Notes: a model not told the origin generated them from the sequence alone. 63,946 nt of DNA, filler included, from Basidioascus undulatus (GCA_000826855.1; 4 parts of 4 records of this genome joined end to end with filler, not necessarily neighbours in it), one strand, 5' to 3'. Counted from the whole stretch's first letter, positions 12,949 to 28,900 are shown. Numbers and translations are program-made.

Positions 12949-14453
12949 TCAGATCTCAGTCCAGCCCTCTGCGCCGTCCGTGCCCCCGACAAGGCCAAGC
13001 ACAAACACGAGCGCGCTAGCGCTGGCGCCCATGCCGAACCCGCGGTAGAGGGCGCGCACGCCGCCCCACCGGCCGGGCTCATAGCGGCCCTCCTTCTCGT
13101 CCTCCTTCCTGCTCGGGGATGTCTCCTCGGTGACGATCCTGTAGATAGCCTCGACCACGCCGGCGTACGGCATCGGGCGCGTCTCGACGCAGGTCTTGTA
13201 CGGCGGGGCGCTGGCGGAGCGGAGCGACGGCCGGGTCTGGGTCTGGAGCCGGCGGCGGACGGTCTCGATTGGGAGGGTGATGAGGAGGGATGTAACGGAG
13301 CATGCGAGTTCCGAGAGTGCGTAGGCTACGGGGGACGCGTCGGGCGAGAGGCGGAGCTTGCGCTCGAGGAAGAGCGGCGTTGCGAGCTGGAGGCCTGGGC
13401 GGATCGTGCAGTCCAAGAGAGTGGGGACGAGGAGGTTGGGATGCGTCCAGAGGCTCCACCACCCGCCCTCCTCGCGCGCTATCTTGCGCAGCGCGTCCAG
13501 CGGGCCGGAGTACTTCCTGTGCGGGTGCATGGTGGACTGCGCAATGAGGCGTGTGCGCGCGAGGTCGAGCGGGGAGAGGAGGAGGTGCGTGAGCGTGTGC
13601 GAGATGAGGTGGGTGAGGAGGTGCGGCGTCGGGTTCGGGAGCGCGGAGAGGGGCAGGAGCGAGAGTTGCGGGGGCGTGTGCGGCAGGAAGGTGGAGGTGA
13701 GGAAGGAGAGGACGAGGGGCTGGAGCGTGGAGGAGAGCAAATCGTAGATGCATGTCGTGAGTGTACCTGAGTGAATGGCTGTGAGCACACGAGCAGTATT
13801 AGCGGAGGAAGCGAAGGGAAGACGCACCCTTCCATAAGCCGGTGAAGCCCTCTGAGGAACGCGCAACGGCCTTGATCATGCCCCACACACCTCCATCTGT
13901 GCGTACAGGGATTACCCACGAAGGACGAGTCGCAGAGTCGGCGGGAGAGGTGCGCAGGAGGTAGCCCCGCGCGTCGCGGGCGCGTGGACGAGGAGCAGCG
14001 GGAGGGATGGAGGGGTCCCGGAAGTAGTCGTCCTCCTAGATTGCACACTGTGTCAATGAGAATATTCAAGTGGAAGTGAAATTTGAAGCGCACCTCAGGT
14101 TCCAACTCCTCATCCGCAACTTCCTCCTCCTCATCAAGCTCCAGCACCTTGGGCTTGACAGCCTCCGCGACCTCGCCCCTGGGCACCCACTGCACCTGCA
14201 GGAGGACCTTGCCGACCTCAAACGGCTGGGCAAGCGCAGTGCTCCCATACTGCAGCAGCCCCGCCGCGACGAGCCCGCGCAGGACGCCGGTCGCGTCGAG
14301 GGGCTCGGTCAGGGTGGAGGGGATCTGGCCGACGGCGGCGGTGGGCGGCGAGGAGGGCACGCCGGCGCCGGCGTGCGGGGGGATGTCGGAGAACGTCCAG
14401 CCTGAGGGGGCCGAGTGCGCGTATGTCTGCCGGAGGGACGTCGGGCGGGACAT
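12949..14453 (-). CDS. UGO1: Mitochondrial fusion protein Ugo1 (carrier-like outer-membrane protein)
   Basis: LLQYGSTALAQPFEVGKVLLQVQWVPR, HLLLSPLDLARTRLIAQS, LLITLPIETVRRRLQTQ, CVETRPMPYAGVVEAIYRIVTEE, and C-terminal LYRGFGMG...GWTEI. Confidence 0.9.
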
Positions 14454-15046
14454 GGGCGCGATGCGGGCTGGATGATGGGTCAAGCGAGATGATGGTGGGG
14501 TTGGGAAAGGGAGGGGCGCCTGCGACGCGCATCAACTCGTGGAGAACAGCTCGGCTAGACGGCGCCCGAGGCCCGAGCTGCCACCCGTGTTCATGATGAT
14601 GCAGAGATCTGGCTCCCATGAAAGCAGCGTCGAAAGGATTCTCAACCATATTTTCGAGGTTTTCCAACAAGCGAGGGAAGTGTAGCGCAATTTGAAGGCT
14701 TGGGAACGGTTGGCTTGCTGGCTCGTCGTTGGCAGCGCACTAGTTGTGCTTCGAAAGCGCCTTCATCCACTGCCTTCCAATTGTGAACAGTGTATATTTC
14801 GTATACGGAGCCTAGAATGAGCCGTAAAACAAGAGTCGAGAGCAGCGAGCTTCACCAGAAACGTCAGCAGTCTTGCAGCGGCTCGGGTGAATGCCCGGCT
14901 CGCCAGTCGCTGCTTACAATTAGGCTTCCGACTGTTGGACCCCCTTGAATTTTTTTTATAAAATCAGAGAGTTGAAATGGTGTAGAAAGAAATATGTGCA
15001 GCAAGCGTTCAACTGCACGATTCGAACAATGCACAGACAGGTGGCA

Positions 15047-15400
15047 TCAGCGGAAGCCCAAGCGGCCCGACCGTCCCCTGCCGCCTCCCTGAACCTGAGG
15101 AACATCCCTGCGGGTGGTCCCAGTAGGCACCTCGGTAAATTCATACGGAGTCCCGTCCGCGAGCCACCTCTTGGGATACGCCTCGGCCGCGCGCTCCGGC
15201 TGGGAAACATTGCCACGTTCGACGACCTTCTCCCCCACGAAAACGGAGAAATTTCGATGGACAAGGCACACCCCGAAGTGCTTGGGGAATTCAGTGAAAA
15301 GGGGTACGAGGGACTCCAACGTCCGCTCTCTGTCAGTGAAGGCGGAGTCGGCGGCCTGGATACTGGGTAGCGAGTTATAGAGTTGAGCGTAGGTTGCCAT
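15047..15400 (-). pseudogene. Intronless small hypothetical protein, probable frameshift near 15120
   Basis: MATYAQLYNSLPSIQAAD...FGVCLVHRNF...GEKVV...YPKRWLADGTPYEFT looks like a globular fungal hypothetical protein. The natural-looking continuation PPAGMFLRFREAAG lies in another frame. Confidence 0.5.
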
Positions 15401-15457
15401 ACTTAGTAAGGGTCACGGTGATCTCCCAACCGCAGTTGGCAGCATCCACCAAGCGCG

Positions 15458-15982
15458 ATGAGTGGGTTCGGATATTCAAAGGGCTGCCAGTGGCTCTACT
15501 CGGACACGGAGGCGTACCTCTGGTACGGCGGGTGCTATGTGAGGCTCGTCTACAGGCCAGGGACCCTAACCGCCGCTGTTCTTGCCTTCAGAAAGGACCT
15601 CCCCGAGTACGGCTGCAGCCTCCTGATAAACGGAGACGATGTCGTGCGCATAGAGTACGAGGAGCCACGGGAACCCGATGAGCCGGAGGATGACAGTGAG
15701 GACGTGTCTAAGGAGATGTCCAGACTCCCGGTCGTCGAGGCAAGCGAAGAGACCCGCTACCTCAAGCACTGTATGTACAGGAGCGAGATACAGAACCTAC
15801 TTAAGGTCAGAGGGGGCCCGTCCATGATAGAGCTACTGGGACGTACGGAGGACATGAGGCTTGTGTTCCCTAAGTACAAGACCGATCTCTTCGAGTACGT
15901 GGTGAGCCATAGGGACACGGACTTGAGTACTATCTTACTCACGAGATGGCTAAAGTCGTCCGACAATCATGAGAGGGCATGA
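15458..15982 (+). CDS. Intronless protein-kinase-like N-lobe fragment, truncated
   Basis: YLKHCMYRSEIQNLLKVRGGPSMIELLGRTEDMRLVFPKY resembles kinase subdomains II-V (K, E, HPxII-like segment, hinge). It stops before any HRD/DFG motif, 21 nt from the contig end. Confidence 0.5.
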   Translation: MSGFGYSKGCQWLYSDTEAYLWYGGCYVRLVYRPGTLTAAVLAFRKDLPEYGCSLLINGDDVVRIEYEEPREPDEPEDDSEDVSKEMSRLPVVEASEETRYLKHCMYRSEIQNLLKVRGGPSMIELLGRTEDMRLVFPKYKTDLFEYVVSHRDTDLSTILLTRWLKSSDNHERA

Positions 15983-16003
15983 TTTGTTCGCGGCTGCAAA
16001 ACT

Positions 16004-16103
16004 NNNNNNNNNNNNNNNNNNNNNNNNNNNNNNNNNNNNNNNNNNNNTTAATTAATTAANNNNNNNNNNNNNNNNNNNNNNNNNNNNNNNNNNNNNNNNN
16101 NNN
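16004..16103. other. Artificial contig spacer (44 N + TTAATTAATTAA + 44 N)
   Basis: The same 100-nt structure occurs three times. The 12-mer places stops in all six frames. Confidence 0.98.
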
Positions 16104-16203
16104 GGGCGAGGGGCTGCGCGGTGTGTCTTGCGCGGTTAATGGGAGTGGACGGAAGCGGCTGGGCGCGCAGTGGAACGGACGCAGTGCAGAATGCAGGATG
16201 CGT

Positions 16204-17259
16204 TTAGATTGTTCGCGAGAGAATCCGATAGTCGACATCTGGGTCGGGCGCCTCGCCCTCCTCGACTGATACACGGTCGGGGTCGATCTCGTCCGAGGCG
16301 AACCTGCGCGGGGAGGGGAGCGTGAGTTGGGCTGCGGGTGGTGTGGTAAGATTTGGATGGTGGGAGGGCTACGGACCCTACGCAGTCGTAGAATTGGAGA
16401 GCGAGAGTGTTTTCTGGCGGGAGAGGAGGGGTTTATGTGAGGCAAGGGAGAGGGAGGAAGGGAGCAGGGGAACGACGAACGCACCCTTGAACGCGGTCAG
16501 CATGACCTTCTTCATCTTCCACTCCTTCCCCAACCGCATCATAGCGTCCACCAAGCGCTTCCCCACGCCGGTTCTCCGCAGGCCCTCGGAGACCTGGAGC
16601 TCATAGCTGTCCTCCGCCGTCCCTCCGTGATGAGTTCCTCCCTCAGCGACAGCGCCAGGACGCGAGGACGCACCAATACAGGACTTCCGCGTCCCTCCCT
16701 GCCCGTGAAGTCTCCTCCCAGTCGAAGCGGAACATGACGAAGGCGAGGAGGTCTGCGGGCGCGGGGAGGGCGGAGGAGGAGGGGGGAGGCGGGTGGACGA
16801 GGATGAAGCGCGAGAGGGGGTCGAAGAGCTCGAGGAGCTTGGAAGGGGGGTCCCACGTCCCTGCGGACTCGTACCTTTCGAGTAATAAAAGAAAGATGTG
16901 TAAGACGCGTGGGGAGGGGGTGGGAGGGGAAGAACGCACAAGGCCCGCATGTTGGTCGAGAAGAGCGCGAAGATGGCTTCGCGCAGAGCGGGCGGGAGGG
17001 ACGCGGCGTGGTGGAGCGACATGCAGATGCTGTCCCAATCATACTCCTCTATTCAGTTGTCTGGAACATGTATGAGAACGACGCGCAAAACGAAAGCGTA
17101 CTCGCGTTCCCCAGCGCGCTGCGGACCCTCCGGCAACGACCGCGTGAGCTGGTCGGCCGTCGCCTGGTGCCCAGAACCAGATCAGTTGGCCGGGTTGAGC
17201 GTTGATCGAGTGAGATTAAGTACTCTGTTGGCTCGATCGACTTTCGAGAGAGGCGGCAT
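16204..17259 (-). CDS. NAT4: N-alpha-acetyltransferase 40 (NatD, histone H4/H2A Nt-acetyltransferase)
   Basis: IFALFSTNMRALYESAGTWDPPSKLLELFDPLSRFILV...AFVMFRFDWEE...VLYCYELQVSEGLRRTGVGKRLV...MKKVMLTAFK...ALQFY...DEIDP...VDYRILSRTI*. Confidence 0.9.
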
Positions 17260-17488
17260 CAAGAGCGCGGTCAGTACGAGCGAGCGCTGTTTGGCGGTTG
17301 AGGGTGAGCGGCAGGGGCATTTGCCTCCGGCCCGGCCTCCCAGCAGGTCGCACGAATTTCGAGCGGCGGGGAGGTCGTCTTCTCGCCATCGTCGGACGCT
17401 TGCTCGCTATCGGCTACTTCACTCTAGTTATCGTCCATACCATCCAACTAGCCATTTTTTTTCTCCGCACGCCCCTCGCGCGCGCAGG

Positions 17489-20168
<2,680 letters not shown>

Positions 20169-20466
20169 AGAAGCGGACACTTCCTTGGACTACTAGTGAT
20201 TGCTGTACTTACCCTCGCTCGCTCGCTTCCTCTCTAGGGGTTTGCGTTTCGTGTTTCTTTCCCTTCCCCATTTGGTTGTTGTACTCGCATTGCACCGCAT
20301 CGCATACACGCACGCACGCATTTATCACCGTCGGTCGTATCGAGTCTGTCGCACAACAGCGCGGGACTGCCATAACACGCTCATTGCATGCAACCCGTCA
20401 TCATGCGATCAATGTGGAATAGACAGACAGCGAACAACAACAGCAGCCACCTCCTTCCAATCCCCC

Positions 20467-23400
20467 TTACGCCGCCCTAGCCCCAGCGTTCTGCCGCGCC
20501 TTCAAGATTGCCTGGAGCCCCTCTTCGCCCGCGAGCGCTTGCAGTCCCTTGCTCACACCCGTCCCCGGCCCAACCGCAGCCCCAGCCGAACTCGCCGCAG
20601 ACCCCCTCAGCCGGAGCCCAACTCCTTCGCCAGCGCCGTCGTCCCGCGCCTTGCCCTTCAGTCGCATCCCAACAGCGTCGTCTGCGTCGTTCGCCAGTCC
20701 AGCACGCTCCGGCACGCCGACGTTTCGGGGGACGGAGAACAGCGACAGCTGCGGCGGACGCCCCTCGGGCTCGGGCGTCTTCTCGAATCGGTCGATGAGC
20801 TGCTTGCGTTCGGACGCAGCAGGCAGGGCGTTGCCGTTGTTGGACACCGGCGCCGAAGCGTTCGCAGCCTTCTCGCGCGCGAGCCTCGCGCGGAGCTGAG
20901 CCTGCTTGCGCAGGCGTGTCTCGAGGTCGGTCGGCGTGCTGCCGGGCGCAGGTGGCTCCTGAAGGATACAAACCGGCGCGGACGTGCGCTTCTTCTCGTC
21001 CTCGAGACGCGCAAGGAGCCGTTCGCGCAGGTCGTTCGTGATGACTCTGGGTCTTTCGACAGCCGTCGACGCCTTGGCCTGCTCCAGTCGAGCGAGCAAC
21101 GCCGCGCGCTTGCTGCCGTCGATCGTCCGCGGCGGGGGCGGGGCAGTCTCGATGCCTGCGGCAGCCTTGGCCTCCCGCTCGGCGCGCAGCCGCGCCCGGA
21201 CCATGGCCATGATCTCGCTCGCCGGTCGGAGTCGAGGGCCGGCGTAGTCGCCAGCCGCCGGCTCTGCGGCTGTTGAAACGGGCGGGGCCGCGTCGGCGGG
21301 CGGAGGCAGCAAGAGCTCCTGCGGATCGTCCCAGTCGAGACTGATGACGGTGTCGGGCGAGCCGGGCACTCGCCCGCGACGTCGCAGCGAAGGCGGCTTG
21401 TGTGCGGCAGCGACCAAGCCCGACGCGACAACGGGTGCGGAGGACGGGGACCGAGAAGTCTTGTGTGGCGCGGATGGAGGGGCGAGAGACGCCTGGTGGG
21501 ACGGGAGAGAAGAACGAGATGCTTCAGATGACTCGATGGGCGATGCTCCAGCATCCGCGGGCACCGAGTCGACTGCGGGAGACGTCGCCGAGTTGGACGA
21601 AGCGGAAGGAGGAGTCGAGGAAGACGGCTGCCGCCCCGCGCCGCGCTCGGCACCCGCCTTTGCGAGGGCCGAACGGAATAGCGCCAACCCCACTGGCCGA
21701 CCAATGGCACTGCGTTTCGGCCGCAAAGGAGCTGAGGGTGCGGCAGCAGCAGCAGCAGCGGTAGGGGCTTCCGGCGGTGGCTGCGGCTGAGCTGGTTGAT
21801 CGAGATCCTGCGTCTGCGCCGCCAGCGTGGACTCCTCCGGCGGCGGACGAGCACGACGTATCGAGAAGCCCATGTTCGTGCTTTCCTGCTGATCAGTCGA
21901 AGGCGGGCCGAGGCGATCGAGAAGTCGTCCAGCGCTCCTTTGATGAGGTGGCGGATCGCGCACGAGATGCAGACGTCTCGAGTCGCTGGCTGTTCGCTCG
22001 GGTGATGGCTGCGGTGAAGGAGATCGTGAACGGGAAGCGTTACGCTTGAGAGGGCTGAGCTGGTGAGCTTCGTCCGAAGGCTCTGGATCGCGCATGCGTG
22101 CCAGAAGCGCAGGCGGCTGGCGCGGCGGCTCCAGGTGGGACGGCACTTTGCGGTGCGGTGGTTCGTCTCGCAAAGTTCGCTCGTGCCGGGAAGAACGGCG
22201 CTGCGGCCGTCGCTCGGGCGGCGCCTCAGGAGCGATCCACCGATCGGCAACAGTGACGTCTCGCTTAGGCCGCTTGGGCGAGCGTGAGTGATGAGGCTGT
22301 CGAACGGGGGAAGGTGGGCCGAGGCGGACTGGAGAACGGGAACGCGCACGCGCACGCGGCGGCGATGGAGAACGCGAGTCCCGGTAGAGGTCGCGTGGAG
22401 AGTGGTATTCGTCCTCGTTCGGCGAATAGCTGCGATGACTAGGACGGCGTGCACGCGGCGGTGGAGGGGGAGGAGAGATGGACCGCCAGCGAGGGGGCTC
22501 GCGCCGAGGTGGTGACAGATCTTTCGGCTCATCGTACTGCACAACGAAGGGCGTCAGCCGAAATTGGCAAGGAACGAGCGTTTATCAGGTGCATACCTGC
22601 ACGACCGCGTCGTACTGGCGCACTTCGATGTATGGTGAACGCATGAAGCTGTAAAGCTCGTGGGCGAAGTCTGAAATGTTCCCAGTAAGTTAAGATGCTT
22701 TGTCAGTGAGCTCGGAAGCACGCACGCTCGGCAATGTGAGTCTGGCCCGGTCGATCCAGAAACTCGGATAGGAGGCGAACCGCCGAGTCGGAGCGAACAT
22801 CCATGGACTTCAGAACTTGGATGACATAGGTTTGCAGGAACTGTGAAGTGCCTGACATGAACTTCGCTTTCCCATCGGATGGCACATGCAGGCGCATGCA
22901 GGCTTACCTCGGCATCAAGATCTGGCCATACGCGGAGCTCGCGACGCAGCCATGCGGTGACGCGGCGTATGGACTCTTGGGAGGCCGCAAACTGCGAGGG
23001 AAGCGGGGAAGGCTTGAACTGCAGCACGAATTTGTCAGTCGCCTGCTCTGCGCCTCCTCAACACGTGGGAACGACATACTCGTGTTGCTGGGTTAGACGC
23101 AATATGCTATATGGAGAATCAACAATTCGCAGAGTCAGGACCACTCATGATGAAGATCAAGGGAAGTGAGTACTACCTTGGCAAACAGCCTGTGCCTGTA
23201 GACGAACCGCCTGTGCTCGAGCGCCCGGTCGAGCTCGTCCGCCTCGGCCTCTGCCAACCGCCGCATCTCCCGGTCGGCACGCGACTCGTGCATGGGGAGA
23301 CGCCCCCGCTGGCGCATTGCGAGCTGTGCTCTACTCGACAGATTGCGCGCGTTGCGGAGAGATGTTGGAATGGAGCCCGGCGCGAGGTCCGGAAGCGGCG

Positions 23401-24032
23401 GTAGGTAGTACTTGAGATAGTCGTCGTCGCTGCGAATCCCGTGGATGACGTCTGTGAGAACATAGGAGTTGGTTGTTTAGTCCTTGATCATCAGAAGCCA
23501 AGAGCCCCGCTACAGAGATGGACGGACAAGGACCGATCTGCAGTTGGCAGAGTGGACAGCGGCGCGAGTGCTCTGCGGGAGCCGCGGGTATGAGCTGTCA
23601 ATAAGGACCCCAATAAGGATTCCCATGCTAGAGAAACGACATACGGGCCCACTGCAGAATGCACTCAAAGCAGGTCTGGTCGTGACTGCACGTCGGAAGC
23701 ACCGCCCTGGAACGAGCCGGCACAGCATCAGCTCGCCGTCTCCTACAACCCACACCTATGAGATGAAGAACTCACCTGTCCCTGATCCCAGCCAGACAAA
23801 TGATACACAACTCCTCGTCCATCTCATCGTCCAAATCCACCGCCCCGCCCTTCGACGCTTTCGAAGCCGCGCTCGAGCGGCGTCGCTTGCGCACGCCGAT
23901 CGGCTCGGTTCCATGCTCTTCGTGCGCGCTCGAACGGCGGCGCTTACCCGGCGAGCCGCCGTTAGACTGGGACGAGTTCCGCCGGCCAAGGGTGGTGTCC
24001 TGTTCCGGTTGAGGTCGCGTAGGCGAAGTCAT
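20467..24032 (-). CDS. C3HC4 RING-finger E3 ligase (Topors/Psh1-like) with long low-complexity C-terminal exon
   Basis: Spliced CIICLAGIRDRAVLPTCSHDQTCFECILQW...SRRCPLC, then YVIHGIRSDDDY, RRFVYRHRLFAKHIASN, WLRRELRVW, FAHELYSFMRSPY. All introns canonical. Confidence 0.85.
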
Positions 24033-24253
24033 GGTCGTGGTTGTGGATTGAGTGAGGCTCACGACGCCAGTGCTTGCTTCCGGCCTCGCCGCGCCGACTT
24101 GCCGACGCCTATCTGCAAGCACAACAGCGGTCGCGCTACTTTTCTTTTCTTTTAATCTTCCAGCGTCTAGACGAGTGCAATATAATGACTTTTTTCCTGC
24201 AATGTAATGCCTCTATGAAGTGCGTGCGGCACCTTCACGTTCCTCACGGCCGT

Positions 24254-25318
24254 CTACAACCCCCGACGCTTCCTCCATAGGCTCAAGCCCTTCGCCAAAG
24301 TCGACTCGTCTACGCCGCTCACGCTCACGAGAACAAAGGTAACACCTGTACGGACTTGCTGTCAGCATTCCCTTTTGCTTTGGTGCAGCAGCGCAACATA
24401 CCCAGCGATTCGACCTCCTTGTTTCGTGACTCGTCTGAGCGGTGAGGTGGACATAGATTCAGTGGGCAAGAAGTCAGTTGCTTTGTGACAGCATAGACTC
24501 ACCGTCGAAGAAGAGCATTTCCTCGTAGGCGATGCCCGTCTTCTTGTGTAGCTCCTGTGGAGACCAAGGCGTAAGCCAGATACTCGCGTGGGACCAGCCC
24601 AGCAATCGCCCCGACCTTGAAATGCTGTCAACATGTGAACGGAAGTCAGTAACGACCATTCGGACTGTAAGGAAGCGGTAAGCATACCCTGATCTTGCTG
24701 CCCGGGTAGATCTCTTTGTAGTCGAACAAATCCAGCGCCCGCACCGGCTCGCCACCATCGATGTTCTTCAGCCGGAGGAACTTCAGCGCGTCGTATGCTC
24801 TGAATGCCGCTCAATCGTCAGGTTAAGGATCACGAATATCAGGGCGGAGAATTCTCAGCTCACGCGTCCGGGGCCGTAGTCCGGCTGGCCGTTGCTATCT
24901 TGACGCCCTGCTTGTGAAGGCGCTGAAGGATGCTGGGCACATCACGGAAGAAGCCGAATGGAGAACCCCGTCTGCGGGGGGGTCGGGAATCTGGTCAACG
25001 ATGTTTGTATTAGCGCTCTCCGAGCCAGACTGTACCTGGGAATGACCTGGTTGACGTTGCTAGACTTGGAGATCGGCGGGGATACGTGGGTCTGGAGCGA
25101 AAAGCAAAGGCGTGAGCCATTCGACTTCGGCGAGCGAGCCACGCGGCAGGTCTCACGTCGATCCAGAGATCCCAGAGAGTGTAGTCTTGAGCAACACAGG
25201 TGCAAGTGTCAGTCTAAGCGAGCGAGCTCAGAAGGGTATGTTGAAAGATCGAAGTACCCAGATCGAACACGACCATCTTCGGCAGGGGTGCCTCGGGCGG
25301 AACGCTTGTGGTAGCCAT
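24254..25318 (-). CDS. MDP1: Magnesium-dependent phosphatase 1 (HAD family)
   Basis: PLPKMVVFDL/DYTLWDLWID/THVSPP, FFRDVPSILQRLHKQGVKIATASRT, ELHKKTGIAYEEMLFFDD, GVTFVLV...KGLSLWRKRRGL*. Confidence 0.88.
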
Positions 25319-25911
25319 GAGTGTCTCTTCGAGGATGGAACAGGAATGAAAACGATCGAAATGTTGGTATCGGTGAGTAAGCGAGCGAAATATGTGAAGT
25401 CGAATCGACAGCACCAACAAGGGGATGAGCGTTGAGAGCCAACCGCCATCTTCTGGCCACTGAAGCTCCTCACCGATGGCACCTCACGCCGGACGCCATC
25501 GCACGAGACAACCGATAATCAATGCTTTCACGGCTCGGCTTGACGAAGGGAATGCTTTAAAAGAAATAAGATCAAAGCAAAGTTGCTTGAACAGTCTGAC
25601 ATTCTCCGCTGTGGCCGTCGACGTCAACAGTTGCGCTCAGATGCTCCGAATCGAACGAGCACTGGTCTGACGCGGTCGGGCCGAACGCGTCAAACACGCA
25701 GGCGAGTATGAGCAAATTTGTAACTTTTCATTTCACAGCTCGAGTAGAGAAAGGGGGACGGGGCAATGAGAACGAGAAAGGAAAATAACAGAGGCACGCC
25801 CAGCGGACGCCCCCGCATCCCAAGCCCCAGCGTCGTCGTCAACGTTCATCAATCGTCGTAAGTAGGCGGCCTGGCGCCCGTCCCTTCCACCCCATCCCTC
25901 GACAAACGTCC

Positions 25912-28900
25912 TCACAACTCCTGTAAAGCCGACGCTTGCGTATCAGCACTGCTTAAAGAAATTAGGGATGGGTCGCCAGATCATGCACCTCGTCCTCCAG
26001 CAAAGACGGCTTGAGCATGCCCGGCACGCGCATCGCCGCCTCGCGCTCCTCCTTGATCCGCGCCTGCTGCTCCGCCTCCTTCTCCTCAAGGAACAAGTCC
26101 GCGTTGTCGCCCTGGAACTCCTTGAGCTGGATCAGGAAGTCGCGCAGGTGCAGCTTGAACTTGACGAGGTCGCTGTTGAGCTCGAACAGCCCTTGCACGA
26201 AGATTTGGATTTGAGCTCTGCGGTGTGCGAGCGCGTCAGGTTAACATGCAGATCGAGCTTAAAACCAAAGCAGGGTGGACGCACGGTTGGACATGAGGGA
26301 AGGCGGAAGAGAGGAGGTTGGCGGTGTAGTCGCGGACGAACGCGGCGTTCGGCGTCGAAGGGTCAACGGTCGCAGGGTCGTACAGCGGAACCTGGACTTG
26401 GTTCTGCGCGACGAGGTGGTAGAGACGGGCGAGGAGGACGCTTTGCAGCTTGAAGCCTATACAAGAGACGAGGCACGCCAGAGTCAGCCACAGCGTATTG
26501 ACGGGATCCGGAGGGCGAGAGGACGGACCGCTCTTGTGGTCGGTATCCGTGAGGACGAAGAACGAATCTTGCAGCAGGCTAAGGTAATACTGCTGGAAGA
26601 AGGCGTTCGCGACCGTCGCGTCGGTAGAGGTGATGTTGTTGATGACCTCGAGGGCGACTGCGACAGCGGCGACAGAGTGAGCATCATCCGTATCGCTCAG
26701 CAATGAGCGGACGCGGGCTTACGGTTGAGGCCGGTATCTGCGATATCGCGCATGGTGTGCTTGATAGCCCAGACGATCGAGTCCATCGTGAGCTTGAACT
26801 GCGCGGGAGGAAGCTTGAGGAGGGCTGAACGGTCAGCAAATGTCAAACCAGGCTAGTCAGTAAGCTACATGCGCGGGAAGGGTCGAGAGAGCAAAAGAAC
26901 GAGGACGCACCGGGGAAGCAGTGGAGGTTGATAGCTCGCAAGAGCTTGAAGAAGCCAACGCGGTGCTCGGGGTACTCGGCAAAGTCCTGGTTGATCATCG
27001 CGAGCGTGCACTCGAACACGGCGTCGAGAATGGCGGGGATCTGGTCCGTAAGGAGACCCTGTTCGCCGCCGCAACAACAACAATAACCGGTCAGTTCCTG
27101 GCCCACCCTCACGATCGAGCACATCACAGCAGAATGAACGAAACGTACGCCGAGTTTGTTCACGATCGTGGCCATGACATTGAGGACCTCCGCGTCGCGC
27201 GCGTCGGGCACGTTGCGGTTGTAGTCGACGAGGATGGCCTCGAGGAGGGGCGGGATGAGGGTCGAGTTGATGGCGTCGAGGTCTTCGGCCTTCTTGATGT
27301 AAGTCTCTACGAGCTTGAGGATCTCCTTCTTGATCGTGCGCAGACCGCGGACCTTCGGCGTCTTGGTCGCGATCGGGCCTGTCGCAGCCAGATCAGAAGT
27401 AAGCAATGCAACGCACTCAAGGAAACAGTGGCTGGTCGAGCTGCTCACCCTGCTGCGCAACCGTCTCGCTGATGATACCACTCACGGCCTTGTACAGCCC
27501 GAGCATGTCCATGTAGATCCGACCGATCTGGGGGAGGTAGAAGCTGCCGATAGACGAGCACGCTGAGACGTTGGTCTTGAGCACGTCTGCGCCACGTACA
27601 CCAACACATTAGCCAGTGGGCAGTAGACATCAAATAGTGCGAGGACACGCACTCGAAAGGATCTTGATGTTCGCCGGGTCAGACAGGACGTCGACGTTCG
27701 CGCCCGCCTGCGCCATGAGCGAGTCCCACTAAGAACCCCAAAGAAATTTCAGCGAACCGCCACTGCCTCGGAATCCTGCACATCACAAACGCACAGCGTT
27801 GTTGGGCATCTCCATCAGCTTTGCGATCAGGCGCTCCTGCGTGGGCTTGTTCGGCTGCGCGGCGATCATGCAGCCGACCGCCTCGTAGAAGAGATGGATC
27901 TGTGCATCCCCCGACGCACGAGCGCTTCAGTAAGCGGCGCTTCAAAGCCGAGCAAAGGGAATGCGAACCTGGAGCGGGGAGAGGTCGATGGTGATGCGAT
28001 GGAGGTTGCGGAGGATCTCGTCGATGAACGGCTCCTGCTCGCCCGACTGCTGCATCACAAAGTGGCGCCTGCACTTCTGGGCGATCTTGATGAACGTGTC
28101 GCACGCCATGTCCTGGACACCTATAATCAGGCATCATCCGTCTCGTCAGCCTACTGTGAATCGACTCAGAAGGGGAGAAAGGGCGAGATGGTGGAAAAAG
28201 GGGCCAACGAAATGCGGGGAGAGGGGAAACAAAAAGCCAACGGACCCTCATGCGTCTCGTGCATGAACTCGAACAGCTTGTTGACGACCGTCTTGAGGAA
28301 CTTCCAGTGCGCCTTGAGGAAGCGCGGGTACTGGCCGACGATGTACATGATGTCGGACGCGACGACGGCCTTGTTGTCCTTGCCGCGCTTAATCTCGCAC
28401 AGGCCGAGGAGATCCTTGATGACCGTCACGAGGAAGCGCTTCTCCGTGTCCTCGTCTGCGCACCCGCCAGGCTCGTCAGTCAGCTTCCGACCGAAAATGC
28501 CAGGGGAGGGGGGTAAAGCGGATGTAGAGAGACGCACTCATCGCGCCGGAGATGGAGCCGATCGCCCAGCAGAGCGTATTCAGGTTCGCCCAGGACCACT
28601 CGCTGCCGTCCACCTGCGAACGAACCGATACCAATCAGCACCGCCGCGAGACCTACCAAGACAAGCTGTCCACGCACCTGCTTCGCCAGCTTCTCCGTCA
28701 TGATCTGCTCGGTGTCGTAGACGTCCAAGTGGGTGAGGTCTGCAATCGCCGCCAGGTCAGCAGATGCATTTCCCACCGCGTTCGTTGCCAAACGAGGAGC
28801 TGGAGACTCACAGACGAGGACCTCGCGCATGCTCTTGTAGAGCACGATCGTGTCCGACTCCTTCATGAACTCGCGAACGATCTCTCCCTCGTCGTTCTCG

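Noticed and set aside
16048..16059. TTAATTAATTAA palindrome recurring about every 16 kb, as a possible biological periodic signal
   Set aside because: It is always embedded in exactly 44+44 Ns, so it is a synthetic six-frame-stop linker.
20200..22544. Long antisense and alternative-frame ORFs (358 aa, 628 aa) over the RING gene, and similar ones over CRM1, UGO1 and THO2
   Set aside because: Expected shadow ORFs in high-GC coding DNA, with no independent motifs.
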